Below, piece by piece: positions 1 to 10,941 of a stretch of 64,000 nt of DNA (positions are counted from its first letter, which is position 1; every line of letters starts with the position of its first letter). Source of the stretch: Lytechinus pictus (taxonomy: Eukaryota). Location: contig NC_087250.1 of NCBI RefSeq assembly GCF_037042905.1, positions 23,934,001 through 23,998,000 of the forward strand, in the 5' to 3' direction. A program made the position numbers and the translations under genes. The notes below the pieces were generated by a model. The model had not been told where the DNA came from. It was given only the letters and a program-made list of their open reading frames with translations, and searched no databases.

Positions 1-149
1 CATTGAGGAAATTTTCTGAAGAAAAAATGATGACATTGATGGATTTCCATATAGTTGACGTTGATTGGAACAATCATAACTTTGTAAGACGGGGTCCTGA
101 TTGATGGCATGCTCTTGTCTGATAATCTATTTTTTATTTTTTTCCCCAG

Positions 150-236
150 GCATTGGCTGATCTAGCGAGTGATGAACAGATATTTGCTGATAAGAGAAGA
201 GAAAATGAAGATCTTTTAGCCAGACTCCAAGATATG
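150..236 (+). CDS. KIF27: KIF27-like kinesin, coding exon 1 of 21 in window (gene begins upstream)
   Basis: ttccccAG|...|GTat; ALADLASDEQIFADKRRENEDLLARLQDM; phase 0-0. Confidence 0.8.
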
Positions 237-283
237 GTATGAGAAAATAGACGTACGGGGGTGAAAAATACATGATATTTATT

Positions 284-493
284 CCAGGGGGGTGTTTCAC
301 AAAGATTTAAGTATGACTTAAGTCACACTTAAATGCCTACGCGTACATGATATGGAAAGCGGGATCTTATTGATAGATACGCAGTAGTGCGTGCCTTTTC
401 ACTACGGTATGAAAGAGCCTTTCATACCGTACGAAACTCGGTATTTAAATGCGACTCTAAGTCATACTTAAATCTTTGTGAAACACCCCCTGG
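284..493. mobile_element. MITE family A
   Basis: ~50-bp TIR CCAGGGGGGTGTTTCACAAAGATTTAAGTATGACTTA and its reverse complement. Confidence 0.85.
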
Positions 494-1189
494 ATCTTTT
501 AAAATTTAATTTATTCAAATGCATGTGAAAGTGTTAACACTGAAATTTAAAAGAAAATGATTACATAATGAATGAAGGTAAAAAGAAAGACAGAATGAAA
601 AAAAAAGAGGAGTAAAAAATGAATACTTTTCAAAACATAAATATGTAATGTTTCTTTGTTCTTTTACTGAGGTACATGTATCTTGTACTTATATTTATTT
701 TTTCCCTTCTTTCTTAGCGCTTTGAAAGTTATGAATAAAGTGCTTTATAAAATTTGTATATTATTATTATTATTATTAATGAACATTAAATGAAAAATAT
801 AATAGACTGAAAAGTGCAAGTTTGTATTGTTCCTGAGCTATAATTAGATTCATTCATTAAATGGGCATCATTCCAGTTAAATCCAAATACTAAACAAAAT
901 TTGAATCATGTTCCTTTTACACGAGTGTAGCACAATTTGACCATCCTGTTATTTTCTAAAAACATTTGGCTATTTTTCAAATTTCAGACTGGAACTACTT
1001 CAAAATGATTCTCTGTTGTGTTTTCTTTTTCCAACTAAATAGAACAAAGGCATAAACAATTATTCCAAATTTTGTCGCTATTTTCTATCTCGTTTGGAGT
1101 AGTTCTGCTCTTGTTTGATTGAGTGTAATGACACAGTGTTTTATTAACAATGGTTTTGTTTAAAAAATGTAATAATAATTTTTTTGCAG

Positions 1190-1315
1190 GAATCTGAAAG
1201 AGATCGTTGCTCCAATGAACTAGAGAGGGCGCTAGATAATGTCCATCGTCTAGAGGGCGCCCTCATTGAACAGCAGACTAAAATCACAGAGCTTCAGTCC
1301 CAGTTAGGTCATGAG
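1190..1315 (+). CDS. KIF27: KIF27-like exon 2
   Basis: tttgcAG|ESERDRCSNELERALDNVHRLEGALIEQQTKITELQSQLGHE|GTaag; coiled coil, phase 0-0. Confidence 0.85.
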
Positions 1316-1717
1316 GTAAGGCTCCTGTCTTTATCTCATTCTGAAAGAAATGTGTGTTTCATGAAAGGACTTGTCAGACGTTTTATCAAGTCTCATTTTA
1401 TCCGATAAGTCCCATTTTATCAGACAGTAACCATAGTAACAATCAGTCTCATGGAAAATAGTTCTGTCTTGTGTTATGTGTCCTTAAATCTTTGTTAGAC
1501 AACTTAATAATGATGTACATGTAGCTATTGATAATAATAATAATAATAATATCCAAGTCCTTTGGAAGCACATAGAGACATTATTCATAATGTGATATGC
1601 GCTATACAAGAACTGTATATTATTATTATTATCATGTAGCTATTTATTGTATTTATTTATGATTGTCATTGTAATTCATTTTCTTAATGTGATAATTTAA
1701 TCTTGTTTTCCCCACAG

Positions 1718-1876
1718 AGTGTTGGTGGTGGAGTTTTCGAGCTGCCATTGGCTACCAGTAGAAGAGCTATGTCAGTACCTCCTCATGCAATGAGGACCAA
1801 ATCGGCCTCGGGGAGTAACACAGCGAGAGATAAAGTTAGACCAGAGTCTAGGAGACTACATACCAGTCCACCTTTG
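1718..1876 (+). CDS. KIF27: KIF27-like exon 3
   Basis: cccacAG|SVGGG...RRLHTSPPL|GTatg; HTSPP motif recalled from vertebrate KIF27. Confidence 0.85.
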
Positions 1877-1954
1877 GTATGGAGGTTTATTTTGTAGATT
1901 TGTCATCTTTTATTCTTATGGTTTGGAATGAAAATGAACAATTTTTACTAAGGT

Positions 1955-2048
1955 AGTGGTGATGATTTTGAGGAGGAAGATGGTGATGGTGATGGTGATG
2001 ATAGTGATGATGATGATGGTGATGATGATGATGATGATGGTGATGAGA

Positions 2049-2079
<31 letters not shown>

Positions 2080-2280
2080 GATTGATGATGATGATGATGG
2101 TGGTGATGATGATGGTGAGGATGATATTGATGATGATGATGATGATGGTGGTGACGATGGGGATGGTGATGATGGTAATGGTAATGGCATTGATGATGAT
2201 GGTTATGATGATGGTGATGATAGTGATGATGATGATGATGATGATGATGATGAGAATGATGAGTGAAAATTGTAATGATG
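1955..2280 (+). repeat. (GAT/GGT)n microsatellite
   Basis: Direct reading. Confidence 0.95.
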
Positions 2281-2785
2281 ACTTTGGTCATGGTTGTGTT
2301 TTGTTTAGTTTATGATTTTGGTTTTGATGATTATTATGATTATTTACAGTTACTTTCTCACCTTGGAAAATTGGAAAATATATAATTTCCTGACCTTCTT
2401 TGTTCCTACTAAGTTTAGTTCTCTCTTGATTATGATGATGATGATGATAACCATGGTAGTGATGATTATGATGATTTTAGTCATGTCAAATTTGACATAT
2501 AATATCTATTCCTATCTTTTTTTGTTCTTGATACAGTTCTCTCTTAAATATACTAATGAATTTAATCCGTAGTGATGATGATGTTATTCATGGCAGATTT
2601 GGAATATGGAGGGAATAATTTTGCTTACCAAATTTGATTTTTTGCTCATAAAGAGAAAAGTTCTCAACCTTGTGTACAGTCCTATATAAAAACATCTGCT
2701 ACACTAAAGACTTTTTGTGTATAGCATTCTTTAACATTGTGGAGCAAATTGCGATGCAATATCAGATAAATGATTAGCTGAATAT

Positions 2786-2990
2786 GATAATAATAATAAT
2801 AATAATAGTCAGTTCTTGTATAGCGCATAACACATTATGAATAACGTCTCTATGCGCTTCCAAAGGACTTGGATATTATTACCCTGGCTGTAGCTCAAGC
2901 AGCTTTTACGCGCTCGTCATTTCAAGGAATAAATTCCTGCCAGGTACCCATTCACCTCACCTGGGTTGAGTGCAGCACAATGTGGTATCA
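2786..2990 (-). mobile_element. SINE, 5'-truncated
   Basis: GGTACCCATTCACCTCACCTGGGTTGAGTGCAGCACAATGTGG core; (ATA)n tail. Confidence 0.8.
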
Positions 2991-3019
2991 ATTCCTGTCT
3001 TTCTTTGTTCTTGGTGCAG

Positions 3020-3156
3020 TTCTCTCTTGAAAGGATAGTCCAAGGTTTCCGAGCGAGAAGCCAACTTCTCATCCGGCAGCTTGAAGACAATGACGCCGTC
3101 CTTCAGGAGAACCTTACAGACAGCAGTGGACCAGAAGACTCGGATACAGAAAACAA
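3020..3156 (+). CDS. KIF27: KIF27-like exon 4
   Basis: FSLERIVQGFRARSQLL resembles the KIF27 YSLDRIFAGFRTRSQML segment; AG/GT, phase 0-2. Confidence 0.9.
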
Positions 3157-3819
3157 GTAAGACACTCTAAGTATTGTTTAGTCCCAGGTAGTCATATTCA
3201 TGTCTTTGGTCATGCAATACATGTGGTCCCAGATACCTATTTTAATGTTGTATTCTTTAGCAGTGTGTATTGTCCCATATATGCCTATTTGTAAATTGAC
3301 CAGTTCGAATGTTTGGTTATTCGAGCATATGAAGATAATGAAAGTTTATTTGATTATTGGAATTAAGACAGAGAAGCTTATGAATATTAAACAAATGGGG
3401 AATGTCTTCTAGATTGGGGGCCTAACACCCAAAGTCCCCTCTTTAACATTTTTTGTGATAAATCTGCAACATGAAATATTTGTGCCCCAGTATTTGCGCC
3501 ACTCGTCCGACGTTTGAGACCTCATTTGCGATCTCTTGGTTCCGAAAAAATTACACAATATGTGCAAATTGCACACACACTTTGGGAAAAATTATACCAT
3601 TTTATTACCAAGCTTTCATATGGTATGGTCTCATAATTATTGCCCAAGCTGTAGATATGACCCTAAGTCATGCTCTTTGTGAAACACCCTTTGACATAGC
3701 ATGTATTCACAGCCAGATGTATTCGTGTTGTATATCTAAAAGTGTATGTGGTCCCATATATGCATATTTCTGTGCTCATCTGCCCATCTAAAATAGGAAC
3801 TCCTATTTTCTTCCTGTAG

Positions 3820-3914
3820 GGCTTTGGGTCAGACATGGAGTAAGGAAGAGAGAGGAGGGTCCACTGCATCCTCAGCCAGACAGAGAAGAAGAACCCATAT
3901 CATGAATAACAAAG
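3820..3914 (+). CDS. KIF27: KIF27-like exon 5
   Basis: ctgtAG|g ALGQTWSKEERGG...HIMNNK g|GTgag; phase 2-1 fits both neighbours. Confidence 0.8.
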
Positions 3915-3933
3915 GTGAGGGCAGCATTTCATA

Positions 3934-4311
3934 GGCCCGAATTCACAAAGGAGGTTTTGAAAATGCACAGTTGAGTCCATGGTTTTTACCACGTATATTA
4001 AAAAAATGTCCATAGCTGATGCTCGCTTTTGTCACAGTGGGCCAAATTGGCGCCTGTTGCCGTGGCTATCCATGCTATTTTATTCATGAGTCCGCAGTTT
4101 TGAAGTAATGAGTCCACTCTTCAAACAGTGAACTCATGAATAAAATAGCATATCTAACCATGTAACAGGCATCAATTTGGGGGCATTGTGACAAAGGTGT
4201 GCATCAGTATTGGACACTTCTTGCGGTAAATAAGCGCAATTTATACAGGAAATCTACATAAACCATGGGTTCAACCGACGGTTTTTAAAACCACCTTTTT
4301 TAATTTGGGCC
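3934..4311. mobile_element. PIF/Harbinger-like MITE
   Basis: GGCCCGAATTCACAAAGGAGGTTTT ... AAAACCACCTTTTTTAATTTGGGCC. Confidence 0.7.
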
Positions 4312-4312
4312 T

Positions 4313-4532
4313 TAGGGAGTGTTGCAAGATAATATTTGCAATCAATTGTAAATATTCTGCTGCAATTTCACAGTCGATCAATCTTAGCCTTAGCCAATCA
4401 GATTACACTCCTTGTTTCAAGAAGCAGATTAGCAATCAATCATAAATTTGTTATTAATTACAAGACACATGAATGATTTAGGGACCAAAAATAGACTTGC
4501 AATTGATCGCAAGTTTCTTGCAACGTCCCATA
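4313..4532. mobile_element. MITE
   Basis: GGGAGTGTTGCAAGA ... TCTTGCAACGTCCC inverted ends. Confidence 0.6.
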
Positions 4533-4834
4533 AGTCAGTTATTTTCACTGAGTATTATGTATACACCTATGTTCCTTTGTTTGATCTTGAATAGTGAATA
4601 AAGTGATGATTACAAAAAAATAAGCTGCTGTTACATGGATGATATTCTACTACACCATTTACTAGTAAAAAGGAGAGGAGGCAAAAAACATTGAAAATTG
4701 GCATGGTTCAGCAACTTTGTTTTTTGGGGGTGGGGTCAAATTTGAATAAAAGATTGACAAGGGTCAGTTATTTTGGGCCATACACACATCAACTTAATTC
4801 ATTTCTTATCTTGATATCCCTGTTAAAATCTCAG

Positions 4835-4997
4835 CTACAAACGGGACCATGGTGAAGCCCAGGGCAGGCCAGGACATCCCTGCTGAGGCGGTCGACCTGA
4901 GGTCAAGCGTCGAGGCGGGTCAAGAACGTGTGAAGGCGTCCCAGAGGAACATGCAGGAATCCCATCAGAAACTGAGGGATCTTACATTGAATATCAG
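4835..4997 (+). CDS. KIF27: KIF27-like exon 6
   Basis: ...QESHQKLRDLTLNIR; KIF7/27 'QKxRxLxxNIxxKExLI' motif continues into next exon; phase 1-2. Confidence 0.88.
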
Positions 4998-5077
4998 GTA
5001 CAGTTAAAATACAATCTTTATAAGTTAAATGATTGATTTTGTAGGACAAGCCCAACCCAACAAAAAAGTTTATTTAA

Positions 5078-5668
5078 AGGACAAGTCCACCCCAACAAAA
5101 AGTTGATTTGAATAAAAAGAGAAAAATCCAACAAGTATAACACTGAAAATTTCATCAAAATCGGATGTAAAATAAGAAAGTTATGACATTTTTAAGTTTC
5201 GCTTAATTAAAAAAAACAGTTATATGCACATCCTGGCTGGTATGCAAATGAGGAGACTATGATGTCATCCACTCACTATTTCTTTTGAATGTTATTATAT
5301 GAAATATGAATTATTCTAATTTTCTCATCATTATCATGCGAAACAAAGTTTTATTCCTCACTGAATAATGAAATTTCTATTGTTTAAACAATTTAAGGTT
5401 CAGTCAAGATGGCCATTATTGTCAAATCTGTAAAAATCGAAATATTGTATAATTCAGACAATACAAAACAAAAGAAATAGTGAGTGATGGTCATGATCGA
5501 CTGACTCACCTAGTTGTGCATATCACTGTTTTGTGAAAAATAAGCGAAACTTTAAAATGTCATAACTTTCTTATTTTACATCCGATTTTGATGAAATTTT
5601 CAGCACTATGCTAGTTTGATTTTTCTTTATCTATTCAAGTCAGCATTTTCCTGGGGTGGACTTGACCT
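5078..5668. mobile_element. Kolobok-like MITE inserted into an older copy of itself
   Basis: TTAA|AGGACAAGTCCACCCCA...TGGGGTGGACTTGACCT|TTAA; older copy starts 5043 and resumes 5673. Confidence 0.85.
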
Positions 5669-6393
5669 TTAAATAAAGAGAGAAAAATCAAACAAGCATA
5701 ACACTGAAATTTTCATCAAAATTGGATGTAAAATATGAAAGTTATGACAGTTGGAAGTTTTGCTTAATTTTACAAAACAGTTACATACATGTACATATAT
5801 ATATATATATATATTTATTTACATAGAAGCTCTACTGCTATCTACAGCACCCGCACCGGCTCCTGCATTGCACCCACTTGTTCAGTAATTACCAATCTTA
5901 GTCACGAACCCTTTTTATGAGGCCGCCATCAATTACAACTTAACCGCTCACGATGGCGGTTTCCTGCGTTCATTTGTTAATGTTGCTTTTTGTTATTATT
6001 AAAATGTGAAGTATATGCCCACACCATTTTTTTTCTAATTATGTATTATGTTTATATTGTATACATTATGGATATTTTTGTATATTGCAAACAATGTAAA
6101 TATTTTTGATAATGTATTGTGAATGCAGAAATAAAAATAAAACAAATACGTACATCCTTGTCGTTATGCAAATGAGGTACTGATGACGTCACCCTCTCAC
6201 TTTTTCTTTTCTGTTTTATGTAATAACATTGTGCTATTGTCCCATTCATGAACAGAAGTCTATCAATTTTCCCCAACGAATTTCTGTAATGTGTCTCATA
6301 TTTCACCCTTCTCTCTTTCTCTCTTCTCCTCTGTCCTCCTCTCTCCTCCTCTCTCTTCATATCCCATCTCTCTTATTCTCTTTCTCATTACAG

Positions 6394-6490
6394 ATTGAAA
6401 GAAGAACTGATCCGCGAGTTGGCAAAGACAAGCAAAGATTCTGAGGCAGCCAACAAGAAATACTCCAATAAAATCAAACAGTTGGAAAAG
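6394..6490 (+). CDS. KIF27: KIF27-like exon 7
   Basis: LKEELIRELAKTSKDSEAANKKYSNKIKQLEK; phase 2-0. Confidence 0.9.
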
Positions 6491-6560
6491 GTTGGATGTT
6501 TCCCTATTCAAGCTGTATGGTCCTGGGGGTGATTTACTAAGAGAGTTAAATGTTCCTAAA

Positions 6561-7976
6561 GGCCACCGGAAACATTACGACTGTTCGCAATCCGATTTTG
6601 GAACAAATCGCATTTTGCTCATTTTCTGAAAATGTGAATGGAACATATCATTTTATTTGAGGTTAAAATTAATTGATAGAATACTGATATAACTATTTTT
6701 GTCTCACCTGCATAGCAGAGTGAGACTATAGGCGCCGCTTTTCCGACGGCGGCGGCGACGGCGACGGCGACGGCGGCGGCGGCGACGGCGACGGCGGCGG
6801 CGACGGCGGCGGCGGCGTCAACACCAAATCTTAACCTGAGGTTAAGTTTTTGAAATGACAGCATAACTTAGAAAGTATATGGACCTAGTTCATGAAACTT
6901 GGCCATAAGGTTAATCAAGTATTACTGAACATCCTGCCTGAGTTTCATGTCACATGATCAAGGTCAAAGGTCATTTAGGGTCAATGAACTTAGACCATGT
7001 TGGGGGAATCAACATCAAAATCTTAACCTAAGGTTAAGTTTTTGAAATGTCATCATAACTTAGAAAATATATGGACCTAGTTCATGAAACTTATACATAA
7101 GGTTAATCAAGTATCACTGAACATCCTGCATGAGTTTCACGTCACATGACCAAGGTCAAAGGTCATTTAGGGTCAATGAACTTTGGCCGAATTGGGGTAT
7201 TTGTTGAATTACCATCATAACTTTGAAAGTTTATGGATCTGATTCATGAAACTTGGACATAATAGTAATCAAGTATTACTGAACATCCTGTGCAAGTTTC
7301 AGGTCACATGATCAAGGTCAAAGGTCATTTAGGGTCAATGAACTTTGGTCAAATTGGGGTATTTGTTGAATTACAGCCATAAATTTGAAAGTGTGTTGGT
7401 CTAGTTCATAAAACTTGGACATAATAGTAATCAAGTATCACTGAACATCCTGTGCGAGTTTCAGGTCACATGATCAAGGTCAAAGGTCATGTAAGGTCAA
7501 AGAACTTTGGCCACGTTGGGGGTATTTGTTGAATTGCCATCATATCTCTATAAGTGTATTGGTCTAGTTCATAAAACGTGGAAATAAGAGTAACCAAGTA
7601 TCACTGAACATCTTGTGCGAGTTATAGTAGTTTTCAAAATCAGCACTGCTGCTATATTGAATCGCGTGATGCAGGTGAGACGGCCAGAGGCATTCCACTT
7701 GTTAAAGATTGCAAGCCTTTATTTTGGAGTAAAGGCCAAATTAGTTTCAAATCATAGCCAAATGTACGACTGCTATGACGTCATTGCGACTAGATATTAA
7801 ATTTGCTTTTATTCTAAGAAGGATGATAGCATAGTCACAGATTTGAATATAGGTATTTGTACGATGATTTAGAACATTACACAGAATGTTATTCCAAGTC
7901 TCAATATTAGCATCAAATTCTACTACGTTTTATTCTGAAATCGGATCGCAGACCAATTGTAAGGTGTGCAGTCGCC
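6561..7976 (-). mobile_element. Harbinger-like MITE family B interrupted by family C element
   Basis: Reverse complement of the intact copy 40735-41148. Confidence 0.8.
6697..7703 (+). mobile_element. Non-autonomous Helentron-type (HINE/DINE-1-like) element, family C
   Basis: subTIRs GTCTCACCTGCAT (6701) / ATGCAGGTGAGAC (7669); 5' hairpin, GGC microsatellite, 162-192-bp tandem repeats, short 3' stem-loop, T-rich insertion site, no TSD. Confidence 0.8.
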
Positions 7977-8995
7977 TTAAGAGTCATGCTTAATTGCTGA
8001 CATGCACATGATTTGTAACACAATCTTATTGATTGATACGCAGCAGTGCATCCTCTCAACATTATCTAACCAGTATCTCTTTATGAAACACCTCCAGATC
8101 TAATCATTTTGATTCCGTACAATAAATTGTAAAAATAAGTTCAGCTTGGGCTTTCCAAACTGTTATTACATAAGTCTGACAAGCTCAAATGACAGAGAGA
8201 TTACAATGCGGAAGTAAATGAACCTTTTGTAAGTGTAAAGATTTGATTTCCCCATGACATTTCACTTGTCGGTCCCGTTATAGGGGGATCGTTTGTTTCC
8301 ATGGGTAATGTGACACCATCTGGATAAAAAACACATGGTAGAACATGAATTATGACTAGCAGACCTTATTTAATGCCACTAGAAATGCCTAATGGTAAAG
8401 TCATGATCTCACTTTCCTTGGCTTGACCGTTTCTCGATGCTAATCAGGCTTTTGTTGCTGGCACACCGAGTTTGCTGTTCACAAATATGTCTGTGTACAG
8501 GTATTTCCAATGCTTTTCACAAAGTATGGGGTCAGGAAATAATCCACTCCACATGAAAGGTTTAAGGATGTAGCCAATAGTGTGTGCATATACAAGTCAC
8601 ATGTTCATTTTGTGCGCAGCACTGTGCACGTTGGGTGCATCATTTTTCCCGATAGCGCGTAAAATCTGAGATGCTATCTGAAATACGCTTTCTTTCAAGG
8701 AGAGCCTGGTGGCATTTAGGTGTGCATACTAGATACGTGATGATAGAAAGCAGTCTCTCAAAATTTGGAGGGATTCAAAACAACCTTTCCACTACTAATT
8801 TACACTGTTGACCCATTTTATGTAACAAACAATGCACATTTCTAAATGATTATGTAATGTAATGACGATTCAAGAATCTCAGGTTTCAAAAGCACTCATA
8901 CTTTCGCATATGGCAAACATCCCCGAATATGCTATTTCGCGACAACACACTCATAAATGTGCATTATTAGAATAATATTCATTTTGATTTTGTAG

Positions 8996-9163
8996 GATGC
9001 CCAAAAAGCAAGGCAGGAATTGGTTGAAGCAAGACGACACCTTCATGACCTGGGGTCAAAGGGCGAGATGGAAACAAAGGAGAAGAACAAATTAGAAGAT
9101 GAATATCAGAAGAAGATGGAGAAAGCACATTCAAAGGTCAAAGAACTTATGAAGAAACAACAG
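8996..9163 (+). CDS. KIF27: KIF27-like exon 8
   Basis: [16 protein letters not shown]...[10 protein letters not shown]|GTgag; phase 0-0. Confidence 0.9.
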
Positions 9164-9171
9164 GTGAGGAT

Positions 9172-9335
9172 AATGGACGGTTGGATAGATAGATAGATAG
9201 ACAGATAGACAGATAATGAGATCGATAGATAGACAGATGGGTAGATTGATGGATGGGTGGATGAATGGATGGATGGATTGATGGAAGGATGGATTGATGG
9301 AAGGAAGGAGGGATGGAAGGAAGGATGGATGGATA
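9172..9335 (+). repeat. (GATA)/(GGAT)/(GGAA) microsatellite
   Basis: Direct reading. Confidence 0.95.
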
Positions 9336-9505
9336 GCAAGAATTTTCTATTGTACTATGATCTTGCTCCCTTTAGCACATTTTCTATCACTTAGTAACAT
9401 TTTGCATTTTTAGTTTGCACATTTAAATCTGTTCATCAATTAATTTAGTCATTTGTTTTTTCATCAATAAATTGATTATTCATATGATTTATTTTTTTTA
9501 TCCAG

Positions 9506-9649
9506 GAATCTGAGAGAGTTCTTAAGTTGCAGACACAAAGAGAGAAGAAAATTGAAGATCTTGAGATCAACGTTGGTCGGATGAAACAACATCAAGAACT
9601 ACTACAAGCAAGGCTAAGAGAAGAGGGTGAACGAAAGCTAAAACTTGAG
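9506..9649 (+). CDS. KIF27: KIF27-like exon 9
   Basis: ESERVLKLQTQREKKIEDLEINVGRMKQHQELLQARLREEGERKLKLE; phase 0-0. Confidence 0.9.
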
Positions 9650-10139
9650 GTATGCACCCCTGTTATAGCAATGGTTTAGTCCTTCAGTCTATGTAGTTGA
9701 TACACTTGTGGATTGTACCATTGCTTCTCTTGGGGGATGTTGGAACATTTTGAGATAAATGTAGAATGAAACAGCATCAAGAGCTACTACAGGTTAGGCT
9801 GAGAGTGAACGAAAGCTAAAGACCCCATTGTAGGAATTGATTATTCCTGTAGTTGATATATTTGTGGATTGTACCATTACTTTTCTTACAGATGATGGAA
9901 TATCTTGAGATTATTGTAGGTCATATTAAACAGCATCAAGAGTTACTATGGACTAGGCTGAAAGAGGAGGGTGAATTAAAAATGAAACTTGAGGTATTCA
10001 CCCCTCTAATAGGAATGGACTAGTTCTGTGGTCTATATAGTTGATTTGCTAGTGGATTGTAACATTGTTTCTCTTAAGGGGATGATTAAAAACAGTTGAA
10101 ACTACCACAGGTCATCTGTGTAGAAATAATCTATCCTGA

Positions 10140-10340
10140 GGCGCACTTTTATTATTATTATCCTGGCTTTTACCTGAGCTGCCTTCCAGTGCTTAGTGCA
10201 TTCAAGAATTAATTCATTCATCTTCCCTGGGTTGACTGCAGCATCATGGGTAAATTTCTTGCTGAAGGAAAACATACCATGGCTAGGAATCAAACCCATG
10301 TCCCTCCGATGAAAAATACGAGTCAAAACCAATAGACCAG
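10140..10340 (-). mobile_element. Degenerate SINE
   Basis: CCTGGGTTGACTGCAGCA...TTTCTTGCTGAAGGAAA. Confidence 0.65.
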
Positions 10341-10611
10341 GGGCCGATTGCACGAAAGGGTCTTTCCAAGAACTGTCTTTCGTGTCGCCCATCTTTTATG
10401 ATGCGCTATAAGCGGAGTGTTTCTGAAATTTAGGATAAACAAATAAAATTCAAAAGCTTGCTTACAAATTTTATACAATTTCATGAGATATCACATCTGT
10501 TTATTTTAACAGACGAATAAAATATGTTTGCAGATAATTTATTTGAAATGCGTTTCACATGGTGCATCATAAAAAAAGGGCGATGCAAAGACCCTTTCGT
10601 GCAATCGGCCC
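10341..10611. mobile_element. PIF/Harbinger-like MITE
   Basis: 25-bp perfect TIR GGGCCGATTGCACGAAAGGGTCTTT; 3-bp TSD CAG. Confidence 0.88.
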
Positions 10612-10734
10612 CAGGATGATGTATTTCATTTGCTTGTAAAGTCATGTGTAAATTGAAGAAGAGTCTGTTTGCGTCTAACCCCTGTTGACTGTAAACTGGC
10701 TGATTGCTTCTACTTCATATTTTCTTTACCACAG

Positions 10735-10824
10735 AGAGACCTACAGAGAGATCAGCAGAGAATAAAAGAACTTGAGATAAAGAACGAACAACAACAGAAG
10801 ATACTCAAAAGGAAAACCGAAGAG
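10735..10824 (+). CDS. KIF27: KIF27-like exon 10
   Basis: RDLQRDQQRIKELEIKNEQQQKILKRKTEE|GTaat; kinesin-4 'QQKILKxKTEE' motif. Confidence 0.9.
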
Positions 10825-10941
10825 GTAATGTCAGAGATTTACCTTCATGTTACTATTTGTTTCACTATGGTTTTATTGTCTCGCCTGCATAGCAAAGTGA
10901 GACTATAGGCGCCGCTTTTCCGGGCGGCGGCGGCGTCAACA

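Noticed and set aside
1887..2315. Poly-His/Ser/Met ORFs (also 32387-33149, 40298-40727, 53252-53647, 54946-55410)
   Set aside because: Trinucleotide microsatellites open in several frames; no coding evidence.
6619..6864. Recurring ORF MLSFQKLNLRLRFGVDAAA (also 11550, 14954)
   Set aside because: Antisense translation of the 5' end of the family C repeat.
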